This document shows positions 32,879-33,225 of a DNA stretch of 33,225 bases, piece after piece (the stretch's first letter is position 1; the number at the start of each line of letters is the position of its first letter). Both the position numbers and the translations under genes were made by a program. The notes beneath the pieces were generated by a model. It was not told the origin of the DNA. It was given only the letters and a program-made list of their open reading frames with translations, and made no database searches. This stretch comes from Amoebophrya sp. A120. Taxonomy: Eukaryota > Protista > Dinoflagellata. The DNA lies in contig CAJINV010000002.1 in NCBI GenBank assembly GCA_905178155.1, positions 1,571,738 to 1,604,962 on the forward strand. The letters are read 5' to 3'.

Positions 32879-33225
32879 CGGCCCCGACGTCATGGCGCGG
32901 CGACAGAGTCCCCGCATTGCCCTAGGGCTTCTGTCTCTTTGCATGCCCCCTCCCTGGCCGCGCGGTGTCGTTCCCGGGGAGCGCGCCCAGCTGGCCCCTA
33001 GGCCATGACGCGGGGACCAAGTCCCCGCGCTGGCCTAGGGCTTTCGCCCCTTGGCAGAGCGGTGTCCGGGGGGCGCACACAGCTGGCCCCTAGGCCATAA
33101 CGCGGGGGCCGAGTCCCCGCGCTGGCCTAGGGCTTTCGCCCCTTGGCCGAACGGTGTCCGGGAAGCGCTTACAGCTGGCCCCTAGGCCATGACGCGGGGA
33201 CCGAGTCCCCGCGCTGGCCTAGGGC
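32879..33225. repeat. 92-bp GC-rich tandem repeat with a strong hairpin (CCCTAGGCCA..GCGGGGAC/GTCCCCGC..TGGCCTAGGG)
   Basis: Units start at 32991, 33083 and 33175; degenerate unit at ~32879; runs off the window. Confidence 0.9.

Overview
This is eukaryotic genomic DNA, not prokaryotic. The window holds three minus-strand protein-coding genes that the raw ORF track breaks into fragments because they are interrupted by non-canonical introns. I located 36 complete elements and 1 partial one, in about 10 sequence families, all with one architecture: 5-bp direct repeat (DR) | TAT... terminal inverted repeat (TIR) ...ATA | 5-bp DR. The DR pair is exact in 26 of 36, has one mismatch in 9 and two mismatches in 1. 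Removing each element plus one DR copy restores the reading frame at all 34 complete elements that lie in coding sequence. This gives a ~513-aa protein (14118-5562), a ~1936-aa coiled-coil/low-complexity protein with 25 introns (29136-16934), and a 5'-truncated coiled-coil protein (>32603-29807). The architecture matches the invasive introner elements of the parasitic dinoflagellate Amoebophrya (Farhat et al. 2021, BMC Biology). From memory, the TAT-N7-AAA..CCC repeat is the strain A120 type, so the organism call is inference. The standouts are: one introner stretched to 5.8 kb by a nested repeat-rich insertion but still frame-perfect; an adjacent empty/filled site pair showing the 5-bp duplication; an 8-mer (GCATNACA) shared by unrelated families and by the canonical introns; and clustered inter-element spacing. 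The rest is GC-rich tandem and dispersed repeat plus a ~1-kb insertion with a 15-bp DR. No transposase was recognised. All counts and frame checks were done by hand, and the family letters are my own labels.
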